A stretch of DNA of 46,153 nt from a virus (Duplodnaviria; Caudoviricetes): IMG/VR virus record IMGVR_UViG_3300024325_000001, positions 1 to 46,153 of that record; one strand, given 5' to 3'. Each line of letters starts with the position of its first letter. Position 1 is the stretch's first letter. The notes under the pieces were generated by a model, which did not search any database, was not told the DNA's origin, and worked only from the letters and a program-made list of their open reading frames with translations. A program made the position numbers and the translations under genes. Below are positions 19,197 through 27,572 of the stretch, piece by piece.

Positions 19197-21004
19197 TTCT
19201 CGTACCTGTCCGAGATTACACCATCAACTCCAAGAGGACAGCCGGGAAGCCAACCCGGTGTGAGCTTCATCTGGTCCTTTATGAACTGGTAGGTGTTATG
19301 TATATTATGATCGTCGGGAATGCAACAGACAATATCGTCGTGGGTCATGGTTGCTATCCTGATCCCCGCGGCCTTGATCCGGTTCATCGCCTGCGTCACG
19401 ACGACACGGGCCAGCGCCTGCACCACGTTCTCGACGAGCTTGGCGCCGTACAGCTTGGCGTGCTTGTTGCGCAGCTTGATGCGCCAGTATTGCTCCCCCG
19501 TTTCTTCGTCGGTGTACCACTCGAGCGTATCGTAGATCAGCGGGGCGCCGTTGGGCAGGATGATCCTGCGGGTCTCGGCCGCGATCCCGCACTGCACGCT
19601 CATCGGCCCCCACTCGAACGAGCAAAGGCTGTTCATCCGCTTCAGGTTGAGCTCGGCTTCTTTCCAGTAGTCGACGACTCGCGCGTGAGTATTTCGATAC
19701 GCATCACGCGCATCCAGAGCCTCGGCATCACTAAGCAGTATTCCAGCTCGAATCCGTAGCGTTTCCCTAATCTTCGGGCCGCCGCTTCCAAATCCGCACT
19801 GTAGTTCAAGGACCTTGCCAACTTGACGCTCGGTGGGATTTTCTTCCTTGGTGATTGGCCTTTTGTAGAACTCACTCGCGACGTTGACATAAGGGTCTTC
19901 TCCATTTCTGAACCGCTCAATGACGTCCTGCTGCCCGGCCAGGTAGTTGAGGATGCGGCACTCGATCTGACTGGCGTCCACGATCGCGAGCTTGTGACCG
20001 GGGGGCGCCATCAGCGTGCGCTTGATATCGGGCGGGGGATTTTGGAAGTTCAGTTTATCGCCACCGGCGAACCGCGTGGTATGGGCGCCGGCATAGGACA
20101 GATAGATGCACATTGGCCCGCGCTGGGCCATGTGCGCCATGCGAACAGCCCTGGTCTGCTTGATCGACGTCTTGTTGCCGACGCGAGCTGCGGCCAGCGC
20201 AGCCACTCGGTCGTTGTCGTGCTCCTCCAGGTCCTTCATGAACTTGTCGGACTTGGCGAAGGCATAAATGGGTCCGTTGGTGCCTGGCTTGGTGGCAGGC
20301 TCGACGCCTTCCGCGCGCAAGAGCTCGGCGAACTTGGCATCAGAGCGCAGATCCTTGACCGTGCAGCCTACCTCTACCAGCAGGGCGTCTTTTCGCACTG
20401 CCTCGTTTGCCCACACCTGCTTGAGCGCAGGCACGTCGGCGACTAGGCAGGGCTCGGTGAAAAAACGAACGGCGGTGTCGATCACGGCGTATTCTTCCGC
20501 AGGAAAGCCCTTCGCCAGCAAGCCGAATATATGCCAGGTCAGTTCCGCATCATGGCAAGCACCATCAGCAACAGCGCGCCGGACAGCAGGAGACAGATCG
20601 CCCCAGTGCTGACCCCTAAAATCATCATAGGGGACAGACTTGGCTGCGAGATTAAAATGCTGAGCAAGACTGCCCAGCCCAACGCTAACGTGATTGCCCA
20701 GCACAAGACGAGCCATCGAGAGGGTGTCGAGCCAAGCATGAGGTTTTATCCCGTAGTGGTGTGAGAGGATCAGCCCATCAAACTGAGCGTGATGACATAA
20801 GAGAGCAGTGCTACCCCAATCCACGCTGCTAAGAGCAGACCGAAGAACATCTGCGGAGTACCATCGGGCGTGTCCATTCTCTGTCCTTATCGCTGCACCT
20901 AGCGCCTCAAACCGCGGGTCGCGAATGTACCCCTCAGTCGTTTGTTTCTTCAGCGTGTAGTCGCTGTCGAAGTAAGTCTCGAAGTCGAGCGTAACGATAT
21001 TCAC
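19193..21004 (-). CDS. polA: Family A DNA polymerase with 3'-5' exonuclease
   Basis: TLDFETY (ExoI), HAQFDG (ExoII), DASQIECR (motif A), RQVGKVLEL (motif B), THDD (motif C); GTG 21004 with GGAG RBS. Confidence 0.95.
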   Translation of the reverse strand: MNIVTLDFETYFDSDYTLKKQTTEGYIRDPRFEALGAAIRTENGHARWYSADVLRSALSSVDWGSTALLCHHAQFDGLILSHHYGIKPHAWLDTLSMARLVLGNHVSVGLGSLAQHFNLAAKSVPYDDFRGQHWGDLSPAVRRAVADGACHDAELTWHIFGLLAKGFPAEEYAVIDTAVRFFTEPCLVADVPALKQVWANEAVRKDALLVEVGCTVKDLRSDAKFAELLRAEGVEPATKPGTNGPIYAFAKSDKFMKDLEEHDNDRVAALAAARVGNKTSIKQTRAVRMAHMAQRGPMCIYLSYAGAHTTRFAGGDKLNFQNPPPDIKRTLMAPPGHKLAIVDASQIECRILNYLAGQQDVIERFRNGEDPYVNVASEFYKRPITKEENPTERQVGKVLELQCGFGSGGPKIRETLRIRAGILLSDAEALDARDAYRNTHARVVDYWKEAELNLKRMNSLCSFEWGPMSVQCGIAAETRRIILPNGAPLIYDTLEWYTDEETGEQYWRIKLRNKHAKLYGAKLVENVVQALARVVVTQAMNRIKAAGIRIATMTHDDIVCCIPDDHNIHNTYQFIKDQMKLTPGWLPGCPLGVDGVISDRYEK

Positions 21005-21180
21005 TTTTTCTCCAGCGTTAAACTGCTGTCTATGCGGGCCAATACCGCCCGCGCCTGTTTCCGCGCCCATAGCCGGTACTGACGGCACCACCAACGGTCA
21101 CTGTAAGGCGCATCCTTCGGTGGGATGCGATATAGATGATTGAGCTTGCAAAGCTCCAAAATCTTTTCTTCGGTCGTCAT
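21001..21180 (-). CDS. Hypothetical protein (59 aa, not in ORF track)
   Basis: MTTEEKILELCKLNHLYRIPP...; AGAGGG RBS; GTGA overlap with the polA start. Confidence 0.55.
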   Translation of the reverse strand: MTTEEKILELCKLNHLYRIPPKDAPYSDRWWCRQYRLWARKQARAVLARIDSSLTLEKK

Positions 21181-21254
21181 TTCCCTCTCTTAGGCGAAGT
21201 TTGCACTTTTAGTCCTATCTGCTACCCTCCCGACGTCGAGAGGGAGAACCACCT

Positions 21255-21785
21255 ATGCGAGCAATCCTACTTGCGTGCGGTATCCTTGTGACTGCAGCTC
21301 AAACCGTCGAAGCCCGAACACCACGCTTTGCTGTCATAGACTGCGATATGCGAGGCTGCCTGCCGGTTGGTCCCGAAATACAACAGCCCAAACAGCATCA
21401 CCGTCAGGCCAAGCGCCAGCGCGATCGTGGCCACAAGATAAGCCCGGTTGTCAGCCGCGACGCGGGCGTGAAAGCCCGCACGGTAGGTATCGTGGAGCAT
21501 CCGCAAGGGTGCCCCCGTACCGCGTTCTGCGGTTGTGGCGTAGCAGTCAAGGTGTTCGGTAAACCCATCCGCGACTTGTGGCTTGCAGCCAACTGGTTCC
21601 GCTTCAAATCCGCGCAAGCTGCGGCGGGGATGGTTGCGGTGCGTCGTCATCATGTGTTCTTCATCCTTGAGGTTGTCGGGAACAATAAGGTTCTCGCATA
21701 CGATCCGAACAGCGGCCACCATCAAACCAGGATCCACTTACGATCCCTGGCCGGCTATAGGGTGGTTGATCCGAGAAGTGGTTAA
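21255..21785 (+). CDS. Secreted CHAP/NlpC-like Cys-His protein (moron, opposite strand)
   Basis: Signal-like MRAILLACGILVTAAQTVEA; FCGCG...LAANW...GMVAVRRHHVF...DPNSG; GGGAG RBS. Confidence 0.65.
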   Translation: MRAILLACGILVTAAQTVEARTPRFAVIDCDMRGCLPVGPEIQQPKQHHRQAKRQRDRGHKISPVVSRDAGVKARTVGIVEHPQGCPRTAFCGCGVAVKVFGKPIRDLWLAANWFRFKSAQAAAGMVAVRRHHVFFILEVVGNNKVLAYDPNSGHHQTRIHLRSLAGYRVVDPRSG

Positions 21786-22045
21786 CCTCCCAGCTCAGTA
21801 ATTTTGTCTTCGAGCTTGGCGATTTCTAAGTGGAGATCGTCAATCTCGCCTTTCAGGTCTTTTTCTGCTTCTTCGTAACCTGCCGCGTGCGCGGCTTCGA
21901 GCTCTTCTTCGTGGCTGGCTAGGTCGCCCAACTCTGCAAGCTCATCGAGCTTGTCAATGTAGGCTTGCCCTATGCCATGCTTGATCCAGCCGTCGCGAAG
22001 GTTCTGCAGGAACTCGTGCATCGGCTGATTGCTATAGACCCTCAT
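21782..22045 (-). CDS. Hypothetical acidic coiled-coil protein
   Basis: GGGAGG RBS before ATG 22045; C-terminal heptads. Confidence 0.55.
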   Translation of the reverse strand: MRVYSNQPMHEFLQNLRDGWIKHGIGQAYIDKLDELAELGDLASHEEELEAAHAAGYEEAEKDLKGEIDDLHLEIAKLEDKITELGG

Positions 22046-22232
22046 CCCTGCCTCCCTCACAATTCCAACACGTCTCGTTCTCTTCGTCGTTGCAGCTCTC
22101 ACAGCCGCGACACTCCCAGAGCCCCTCGGCCTTATGGGCTGGCGTGAGGCGACGATCCTGCGGATTGCGACGGTCCATTGCCAAGCCGGATTGAATGTCC
22201 ATCTGGCGTTGCTCCCATGACGAATATCTCAT
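22032..22232 (-). CDS. Small zinc-ribbon (RanBP2-like) protein
   Basis: WECRGCESCN....TCWNC. Confidence 0.6.
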   Translation of the reverse strand: MRYSSWEQRQMDIQSGLAMDRRNPQDRRLTPAHKAEGLWECRGCESCNDEENETCWNCEGGRDEGL

Positions 22233-22450
22233 AGTGCTTTCCTAACACACATAACAGCTTCGTCAAGCGTATGGAACGCTTTCATCTGCGGTATCCCCAT
22301 GTCGTCGGGAACCGTGACGTACCAGGCGGGCTCGCCGTCGATCCCGCATATCCCGAGATAAGCAATATCGACCTCGGGATGACTGGCGAGCTCGTAAAAG
22401 CTCGGGCTGATAACGTGGAAGGGGACGCCGTGAAGGGTGCGGGTTATCAT
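22229..22450 (-). CDS. Hypothetical protein
   Basis: ATGA-coupled ORF. Confidence 0.55.
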   Translation of the reverse strand: MITRTLHGVPFHVISPSFYELASHPEVDIAYLGICGIDGEPAWYVTVPDDMGIPQMKAFHTLDEAVMCVRKAL

Positions 22451-22830
22451 TTGGCTTTCCTTACGTTGATGCGAATGTCACAGTTCAACGCCAGTAACCA
22501 CTTACGCAGATGCTTGAACCTAGGACATACTTGTCCGTTTTCCCACCGCGCTAGTTGAGTTTCGTACTCTCCGATCGACCTCGCTAATTCTTTTCTCGTT
22601 AGACCGCGAAACTCACGAATGCGTCGAAGCTCTATAAAAATTGGATCAATCTCGTGCTTGTGTTTCGTATTTGCGTTCCGATTACGTTTGATCTCTCGAA
22701 AGCGAGCGTAACGACCAAGTGAGGCGCGTCCACGACCGGGGAACGCTTTTTCCAGTTCTTCCCACGACGCCGCAGGCCATAACTGGCGAAGACGAGTTTG
22801 TTCCGACTGTGACCATAGTTTATAGTCCAC
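22447..22830 (-). CDS. XRE-family HTH regulator with N-terminal Myb/GcrA-like helix bundle
   Basis: WSQSEQTRLRQLW; LRRIREFRGLTRKELARSIG...LARWENG...P. Confidence 0.8.
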   Translation of the reverse strand: MDYKLWSQSEQTRLRQLWPAASWEELEKAFPGRGRASLGRYARFREIKRNRNANTKHKHEIDPIFIELRRIREFRGLTRKELARSIGEYETQLARWENGQVCPRFKHLRKWLLALNCDIRINVRKAK

Positions 22831-23533
22831 GGTTTTGTGCCTCTAGTGCCTGTTCAAACCGCTTAGCTTCATGCCAACTGTTGGCGTCACGCCCTTGCTT
22901 GCGAGCTGCAAACGACCAAGCCATACTATCCGCGCTTTCTAAGAGCTCTCGCACAAGCGAACTGCTGAGAGCCGTTGTCTTGAGCCCAAAGCCGTGCAAT
23001 TTCAGCCACGGCGCCTTGGTTTTAATTGCGCTTAATATCTGCTCAACCTGCGTTATGTCGCCGTTGCGCTTGCACACCGAGCCGACCCCCACATAACTGC
23101 TAAACACAAGCCTAGAGCCGTACTGATCCAAGTGCGCGAGGTAGTCCTTAAGCGCGTAACCCTGCAAAACAGGCATGAGATAGACGTTAATCAGGGGCTT
23201 CAAAGCATCGTATCGCTCGATCGTGAGGCGTTGGTGATCTTGAATTGTAAGGCCGGTCTTATCCAGCATGATCTTTTCGCACATATAATCCTGCGACACC
23301 GCGGCTTTTAAGCCGGGATTGATTGCGGCCAAGCGGTTCACCTCTTGCGCGTATACAGCTGGCGCATGGCGATAACCGCCAAACTGCTCAATCTCTCGAA
23401 ACGCGCCGCTGTCCATGATCCAGTCCGCGCAAGGCACGGGCTTTTTGCGCCCGCGCACCCTGTTGATGTTTATAAACGCATGGTCGAAGTGGGAGCTGTC
23501 GGCCGGCTGATGCAAGCCGACGTAGAACTTCAT
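22820..23533 (-). CDS. dpdA: DpdA-like 7-deazaguanine DNA transglycosylase (TGT fold)
   Basis: IMDSGAF, SQDYMCE, MPVLQG, VGVGSVCKR, LHGFG and ADSMAWS motifs. Confidence 0.85.
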   Translation of the reverse strand: MKFYVGLHQPADSSHFDHAFININRVRGRKKPVPCADWIMDSGAFREIEQFGGYRHAPAVYAQEVNRLAAINPGLKAAVSQDYMCEKIMLDKTGLTIQDHQRLTIERYDALKPLINVYLMPVLQGYALKDYLAHLDQYGSRLVFSSYVGVGSVCKRNGDITQVEQILSAIKTKAPWLKLHGFGLKTTALSSSLVRELLESADSMAWSFAARKQGRDANSWHEAKRFEQALEAQNRGL

Positions 23534-23820
23534 TTCCCCCTCTGCTTTTCAAAGTCCTCTAAGCCCTCATACACCGCCCTTGCCGTCCTCACCGTAGCAT
23601 CCGGGTCCAAGGTGAGAAGGGCGCGGATGACGCGATCGTGGACCCATTCAGGCTCCGCAGGAAGCGTGAACCGCACGAACGGCCCTCGCACCTTTGTCGT
23701 GAGCCACACCGCGCCGTTCTGCATTGCCGCAGTCTTGATAGCGTAGTAGCGCCGATCATCCGGCGATACGGGCTCATAATCCATGCCTGCGCAAAAGGAC
23801 TTTGAAAACCTAATCTCCAT
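23530..23820 (-). CDS. Hypothetical protein
   Basis: AAGGGAG RBS; ATGA overlap with dpdA. Confidence 0.6.
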   Translation of the reverse strand: MEIRFSKSFCAGMDYEPVSPDDRRYYAIKTAAMQNGAVWLTTKVRGPFVRFTLPAEPEWVHDRVIRALLTLDPDATVRTARAVYEGLEDFEKQRGK

Positions 23821-23822
23821 TG

Positions 23823-24071
23823 TCAGGCTCCCTTAGCGAGAGTGAGGGCGGCATCAGCTTTGTCCAAAGCGGATTCAACGTCTTGGTCCGCCTCGTGTTC
23901 ATCCATGCAATAATACGTGTCGAGCTCGGCGCGAAGCGCAACCACCGCCTCCACCAAGGCGGCATGAGAGTTGACGGCGCGGACGATTTGCTCTGCGCGA
24001 TGCTCATATCGCAGATCGTGCACAAGAGTTTCGATTTGCTGATCCAAGTCGAGATTTGCTGTTTTCGTCAT
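23823..24071 (-). CDS. Hypothetical early protein
   Basis: Start follows the repeated motif; contains IVRAVNSHAALVEA. Confidence 0.6.
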   Translation of the reverse strand: MTKTANLDLDQQIETLVHDLRYEHRAEQIVRAVNSHAALVEAVVALRAELDTYYCMDEHEADQDVESALDKADAALTLAKGA

Positions 24072-24136
24072 TTTAGACCTCATGGGTTCAATTTTGTCTG
24101 CGAGAGATGAGGCTGGGTTGAGTTTGAGAGGGTCGC

Positions 24137-24358
24137 CTAGGGTGTAGTGACCCCCGAAATAATGCCGTACCGATCTCCGCCATCAATCAACGTCAATTGC
24201 TCACCGGGCTGCAGCGCAGGCTTGCCAACATGTATTTCGCCGTTGGCCAGCTTATCTGCCACCGCAACCATTGCATCGGAGTAGGACGACTCGCAATTAG
24301 CGTAGTAGTGCGCCGCGTGCGAGCGACTTACGAAATGGCTTGTGCCTATGATTACCAT
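24137..24358 (-). CDS. Hypothetical early protein
   Basis: MVIIGTSHF...; AAGGA RBS inside the degenerate repeat. Confidence 0.6.
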   Translation of the reverse strand: MVIIGTSHFVSRSHAAHYYANCESSYSDAMVAVADKLANGEIHVGKPALQPGEQLTLIDGGDRYGIISGVTTP

Positions 24359-24384
24359 TTGCCTTATCCTTCGGGTTTGGGGGG

Positions 24385-24612
24385 TTAAAAGTCGCGCCAA
24401 TCGCCAACGGTCTCAGTCTCGCCCTTGAAAGCGAGTAGCAGCGTCAAATCAAGGTCGCTTTCGTCGCTACCCCAACCTAGATCAGCTAGACGTTCCTTCG
24501 TGACAGCTTGCAGCACATCGGCGTGATTGGCAGGGTCTGCCACATCCACCACATAGATAAGAGGGTTCGGCGTGCCTTGGTAATTGTCGTTAACTAAGCA
24601 AGTGATTCGCAT
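24385..24612 (-). CDS. Hypothetical early protein
   Basis: MRITCLVND...; GGAGG in the repeat upstream. Confidence 0.65.
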   Translation of the reverse strand: MRITCLVNDNYQGTPNPLIYVVDVADPANHADVLQAVTKERLADLGWGSDESDLDLTLLLAFKGETETVGDWRDF

Positions 24613-24637
24613 GGCAAGACCTCCAGGGTTCAAGGGG

Positions 24638-24895
24638 TTAGATAACGTAGTCCGGTTCGCGCGTCTCATCGTCGGCGAACCAGCGCTTTTCCGCCAGCAA
24701 GTCTGTGGCCAACTCAATAGCCTCGTTAGCGTCGAGCCGACAATCCAGATAAGACCATACCGCCACGAACAACGGTTCAAAGCCGCATTGCCAGCCTACA
24801 AGGCGGGCATTGGCGGGCATGTCCGAAACGCTACGCTCTGAAAGCGCATCATCCACGCAAAAAGATATATAAGGGAGTGCTGCTATGCGATTCAT
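24638..24895 (-). CDS. Hypothetical acidic early protein
   Basis: MNRIAALPY...; flanked by repeats. Confidence 0.6.
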   Translation of the reverse strand: MNRIAALPYISFCVDDALSERSVSDMPANARLVGWQCGFEPLFVAVWSYLDCRLDANEAIELATDLLAEKRWFADDETREPDYVI

Positions 24896-24919
24896 GGTTG
24901 ACATCCAGGGTTCAAGGGG

Positions 24920-25186
24920 TTAGGATTTTTTGACGCCATACAACTGGCCTAGGAACATCCGCCAGTCTTTGTAAGTGTTCTTAATCTTGTATTGCTTCGC
25001 CAAGGCTTTGAAGCTGTACGAATTGATATTCACAGCGCCAATGCCAGCGGCCTTGATGCGAACGATCATTTTGGCCGCTACCACGTCCGCGCTAAGCCCA
25101 GTCATATACTCGCCCGGATGATCGGCCATCGCTTGCGCCAATGCGGCGGGATAGTCGGCGCTGAACCGTTCCATATTGGCGTTCAT
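24920..25186 (-). CDS. Hypothetical early protein
   Basis: ATGA overlap upstream; its stop abuts a repeat copy. Confidence 0.65.
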   Translation of the reverse strand: MNANMERFSADYPAALAQAMADHPGEYMTGLSADVVAAKMIVRIKAAGIGAVNINSYSFKALAKQYKIKNTYKDWRMFLGQLYGVKKS

Positions 25187-25623
25187 GCCAGCACCTTTGC
25201 CGCTTTCGCCGCGCGTTGTTCCTCGACCGCGAGCTTATAGAGCCGGCAGAGCTCGCCAATGTCATCCACGTCCGCGTGGATATTGTCGCCGTAACCGTCG
25301 CACGCTTGCGACCAAACGCCGTCGCAATCATCCGGCATAGCCTCGACGGCCATATGCAGCTTCCAGCGGTTTCCCATGCCAGCAAGAGAGTGCAGCGCCT
25401 TGCGATACGCTGCAGTGTGGGGGCGCTTAGCGAGCAACTCGTTTTGCAGCGCGACTTGCTTGGCGAAAGCCTCTTGCGGCGTTTCGCCAGCCTTCACCTT
25501 GGCGTGCAGCTTCCAGCCAAAGCCCTTGTTCTGCAGCACGTGGCCGTCGCTCATATAGCGCCGCGCGCTAGTGGTGAAATAGACCGTGCCAATCTCGGCG
25601 CCGTGGGCATTTAGTCTAGCCAT
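25183..25623 (-). CDS. Hypothetical early protein
   Basis: MARLNAHGAEIG...; first gene after the strong promoter and repeat. Confidence 0.7.
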   Translation of the reverse strand: MARLNAHGAEIGTVYFTTSARRYMSDGHVLQNKGFGWKLHAKVKAGETPQEAFAKQVALQNELLAKRPHTAAYRKALHSLAGMGNRWKLHMAVEAMPDDCDGVWSQACDGYGDNIHADVDDIGELCRLYKLAVEEQRAAKAAKVLA

Positions 25624-25663
25624 GTCTATAGACCTCCAGGGTTCAAGACGTTTCGATTTGGGC

Positions 25664-25692
25664 AAGATATATTAGGTGTGTTAGGTTGTCAA
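25664..25692 (-). promoter_or_regulatory. Sigma70-type early promoter
   Basis: TTGACA-17 bp-TATCTT on the - strand. Confidence 0.75.
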
Positions 25693-26225
25693 GCGTGGCT
25701 TTGAAAATAATTCTGCATGCGACGTTCTGTCTCATCATCATCCTGCCCCGTGGTCTCGTAGCGGCCTAGGCATTCATCCACGGTGGGGAATTGATATTGT
25801 GGCGCGGCAGTACGCGGAGTTGGCGCCTGTACAGGTTCGGGTATTTTCTTGCTATCCACATATTTCTGCCACATGACCCAATCGCGCCGCGCGTAAGCGT
25901 CTAGGTATTTGCGCTTGATGACGCCGCTGTGGCCCATCGGGTGCGAATCGTTCGGGACATAGACACCGCGCGAGCTGACCTTTTCGTACCAGCTCCGATG
26001 TGTGGCTGCACTCACATCAACCAGCTCCTCACCACGATCAAGTATCTCGGCGGCCTTCCCACCGAGTGCTGCGCCGGCGCGTGCCGCTAGATCGCCAGGT
26101 AGCTTTTTCGTCACACCGCTTTCCCACCGCATATAGGTGTGACGCGACACCCCAAGCCGTTCGGCCATCTCGGCTTGGCTAAGATGTAGCACTTTTCGTT
26201 GCGCTTCGAGCTCGCTAGGTAGCAT
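25689..26225 (-). CDS. XRE-family HTH DNA-binding protein
   Basis: LEAQRKVLHLSQAEMAERLGVSRHTYMRWESG; GGAGG RBS. Confidence 0.85.
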   Translation of the reverse strand: MLPSELEAQRKVLHLSQAEMAERLGVSRHTYMRWESGVTKKLPGDLAARAGAALGGKAAEILDRGEELVDVSAATHRSWYEKVSSRGVYVPNDSHPMGHSGVIKRKYLDAYARRDWVMWQKYVDSKKIPEPVQAPTPRTAAPQYQFPTVDECLGRYETTGQDDDETERRMQNYFQSHA

Positions 26226-26524
26226 TTTTAGCCTCCATGCTGTAGCATTGTGCTACTCGTGTAGCAGTTTTTCTGCTACATTGCAACACAAAAGTGCGAC
26301 ATTTGTAGCAGGTTTGTGCTACTTTTGTAGCAGTTTTTTGTAGCATGTAGCACGTTGTTTTTGCTACTTTTGGGCTGGTTTGTAGCACATTTGGGCGTTC
26401 GGGGTGCGAGGTGCCAAAATAGTAAAAACTAAAAGCGTAGGAATATCAGTAACTACAGTCTAGTGGTAGTTTTGGATGGCAGGCACAGATAACAGAGAGA
26501 GTGTGTAGCACATTTGTGCTACAC
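26185..26524. repeat. Dense array of GTAGCA/TGCTAC hexamers in both orientations
   Basis: About 15 exact copies counted by eye, plus variants; perfect inverted repeat GTGTAGCACA-TT-TGTGCTACAC at 26503-26524. Confidence 0.9.
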
Positions 26525-26697
26525 CAAACAAAAACCACTAGGGACTATCTTTTCTGGAATAATAAGATAATAATAATAGGCTGGAGACAACCTGTGTCTT
26601 TTCAATACCCTATGGCAATCTCCTCACAATTCCCCTTATTACCATCCTAGATGTTATTGTTTTCCTTATGGTCGCCTGGCGATAGGCTCGGCGCGTT

Positions 26698-26762
26698 TAG
26701 TTGCGTGCGCAATTAGAGGCGGATCGAGGCGCTTAATGCGTCGATAGTTGCACGCGCAATTA
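26698..26762. promoter_or_regulatory. Pair of quasi-palindromic operator-like sites TAGTTGCRYGCGCAATTA
   Basis: Copies at 26698-26715 and 26745-26762, upstream of the late arm. Confidence 0.6.
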
Positions 26763-26858
26763 ACTCGGGAGGAAAAGGGCCGGCGGACGGGGGAGATTTA
26801 ATTTTATCATGCTTCCCCCAAATTTGCGCCAATTTCAAAACCCTGCTAATAAACTGCC

Positions 26859-27065
26859 ATGCACGACTTCCCCACCATCCCCTTCCTCTGGGCCTTCCTA
26901 GCGGGCTACCTAGCGATTGCCGCGGCCGTGGCGGTCTCCACCTACACCCCTCGCAGCAAACGTCACCGGGCGCTCGTCTCCCTCATGTGGTTGCCCATCC
27001 TGATCGTCACCTGCATCTCGATCGTGCAGACCGTGGTCGTGCTTCGCCGCTACGACCTGGACTGA
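26859..27065 (+). CDS. Two-TM membrane protein
   Basis: Two hydrophobic segments separated by a basic loop. Confidence 0.55.
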   Translation: MHDFPTIPFLWAFLAGYLAIAAAVAVSTYTPRSKRHRALVSLMWLPILIVTCISIVQTVVVLRRYDLD

Positions 27066-27124
27066 ACTTATCCGCCGTGGCAGCGTTACCTCGTCATCCC
27101 CTCTTCTCGAAAAGGATCACGCCC

Positions 27125-27463
27125 ATGTATTTCTCCATTGCTGCTCCGCAGAACGTCACGCTTCCTGACGGAACGATTCTGAGCTTCCGCGTCAACGCCG
27201 CCAATTCCGCCTTGTGCGAAATCCATGTTGTTGGTGTGGACGGTCAGGACGTGGCCGGCACCCACATTCTCACCTTCAACCGCAACGGCACGCCGAGCGA
27301 CACGTCGTTCGTTCCGACGCCGGTGCAGCCTGCGCAGCCGGCTTACAAGTCGGTGGATGAGGATGCGGTGCGCGCTGATGCCTGGAAGCGGCCGGAAGAC
27401 AAACCGGCGCAACCAACGCCCCCGCCTTCCAAACCTCCGGTGGACACCAAGCCTGCGGCGTGA
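27125..27463 (+). CDS. Hypothetical protein with Pro-rich tail
   Basis: AAGGA RBS; MYFSIAAPQNV. Confidence 0.6.
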   Translation: MYFSIAAPQNVTLPDGTILSFRVNAANSALCEIHVVGVDGQDVAGTHILTFNRNGTPSDTSFVPTPVQPAQPAYKSVDEDAVRADAWKRPEDKPAQPTPPPSKPPVDTKPAA

Positions 27464-27466
27464 TAT

Positions 27467-27572
27467 GCAGGTGCTTCGTAAGCGTTGAGTTGAGCGTCCC
27501 CCGCTTAATCGCCGGGCTTCCTCCCCTCCAGGGTTAGCCCGGCGATCCTTTCCGCAACGCGGAGCACCTTGC
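27467..27572 (+). ncRNA. Putative structured intergenic RNA/leader
   Basis: Nested pairings GGTGCTTC/GGAGCACC, GCGTTG/CAACGC and ATCGCCGGGCT/AGCCCGGCGAT. Confidence 0.4.

Larger units (their letters stand above)
24075..25647 (-). repeat. Dispersed start-associated repeat (CCCC)TTGAACCCTGGAGGTC
   Basis: Copies at 25631-25647, 24900-24919, 24618-24637, 24075-24091 and a degenerate copy at about 24362-24384, each just before an ATG. Confidence 0.9.

Noticed and set aside
24075-25647. Repeats as a CRISPR array or integron attC sites
   Set aside because: The spacers are whole genes of unequal length, the repeats are non-palindromic and contain the RBS, and there are no cas1/cas2 or integron integrase genes. 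The Cas4-like nuclease is a standard replication-module gene.
25689-26225. HTH protein as a CI repressor of a lysogeny module
   Set aside because: No S24 peptidase domain, no divergent cro immediately opposite and no integrase seen; its role is left open.
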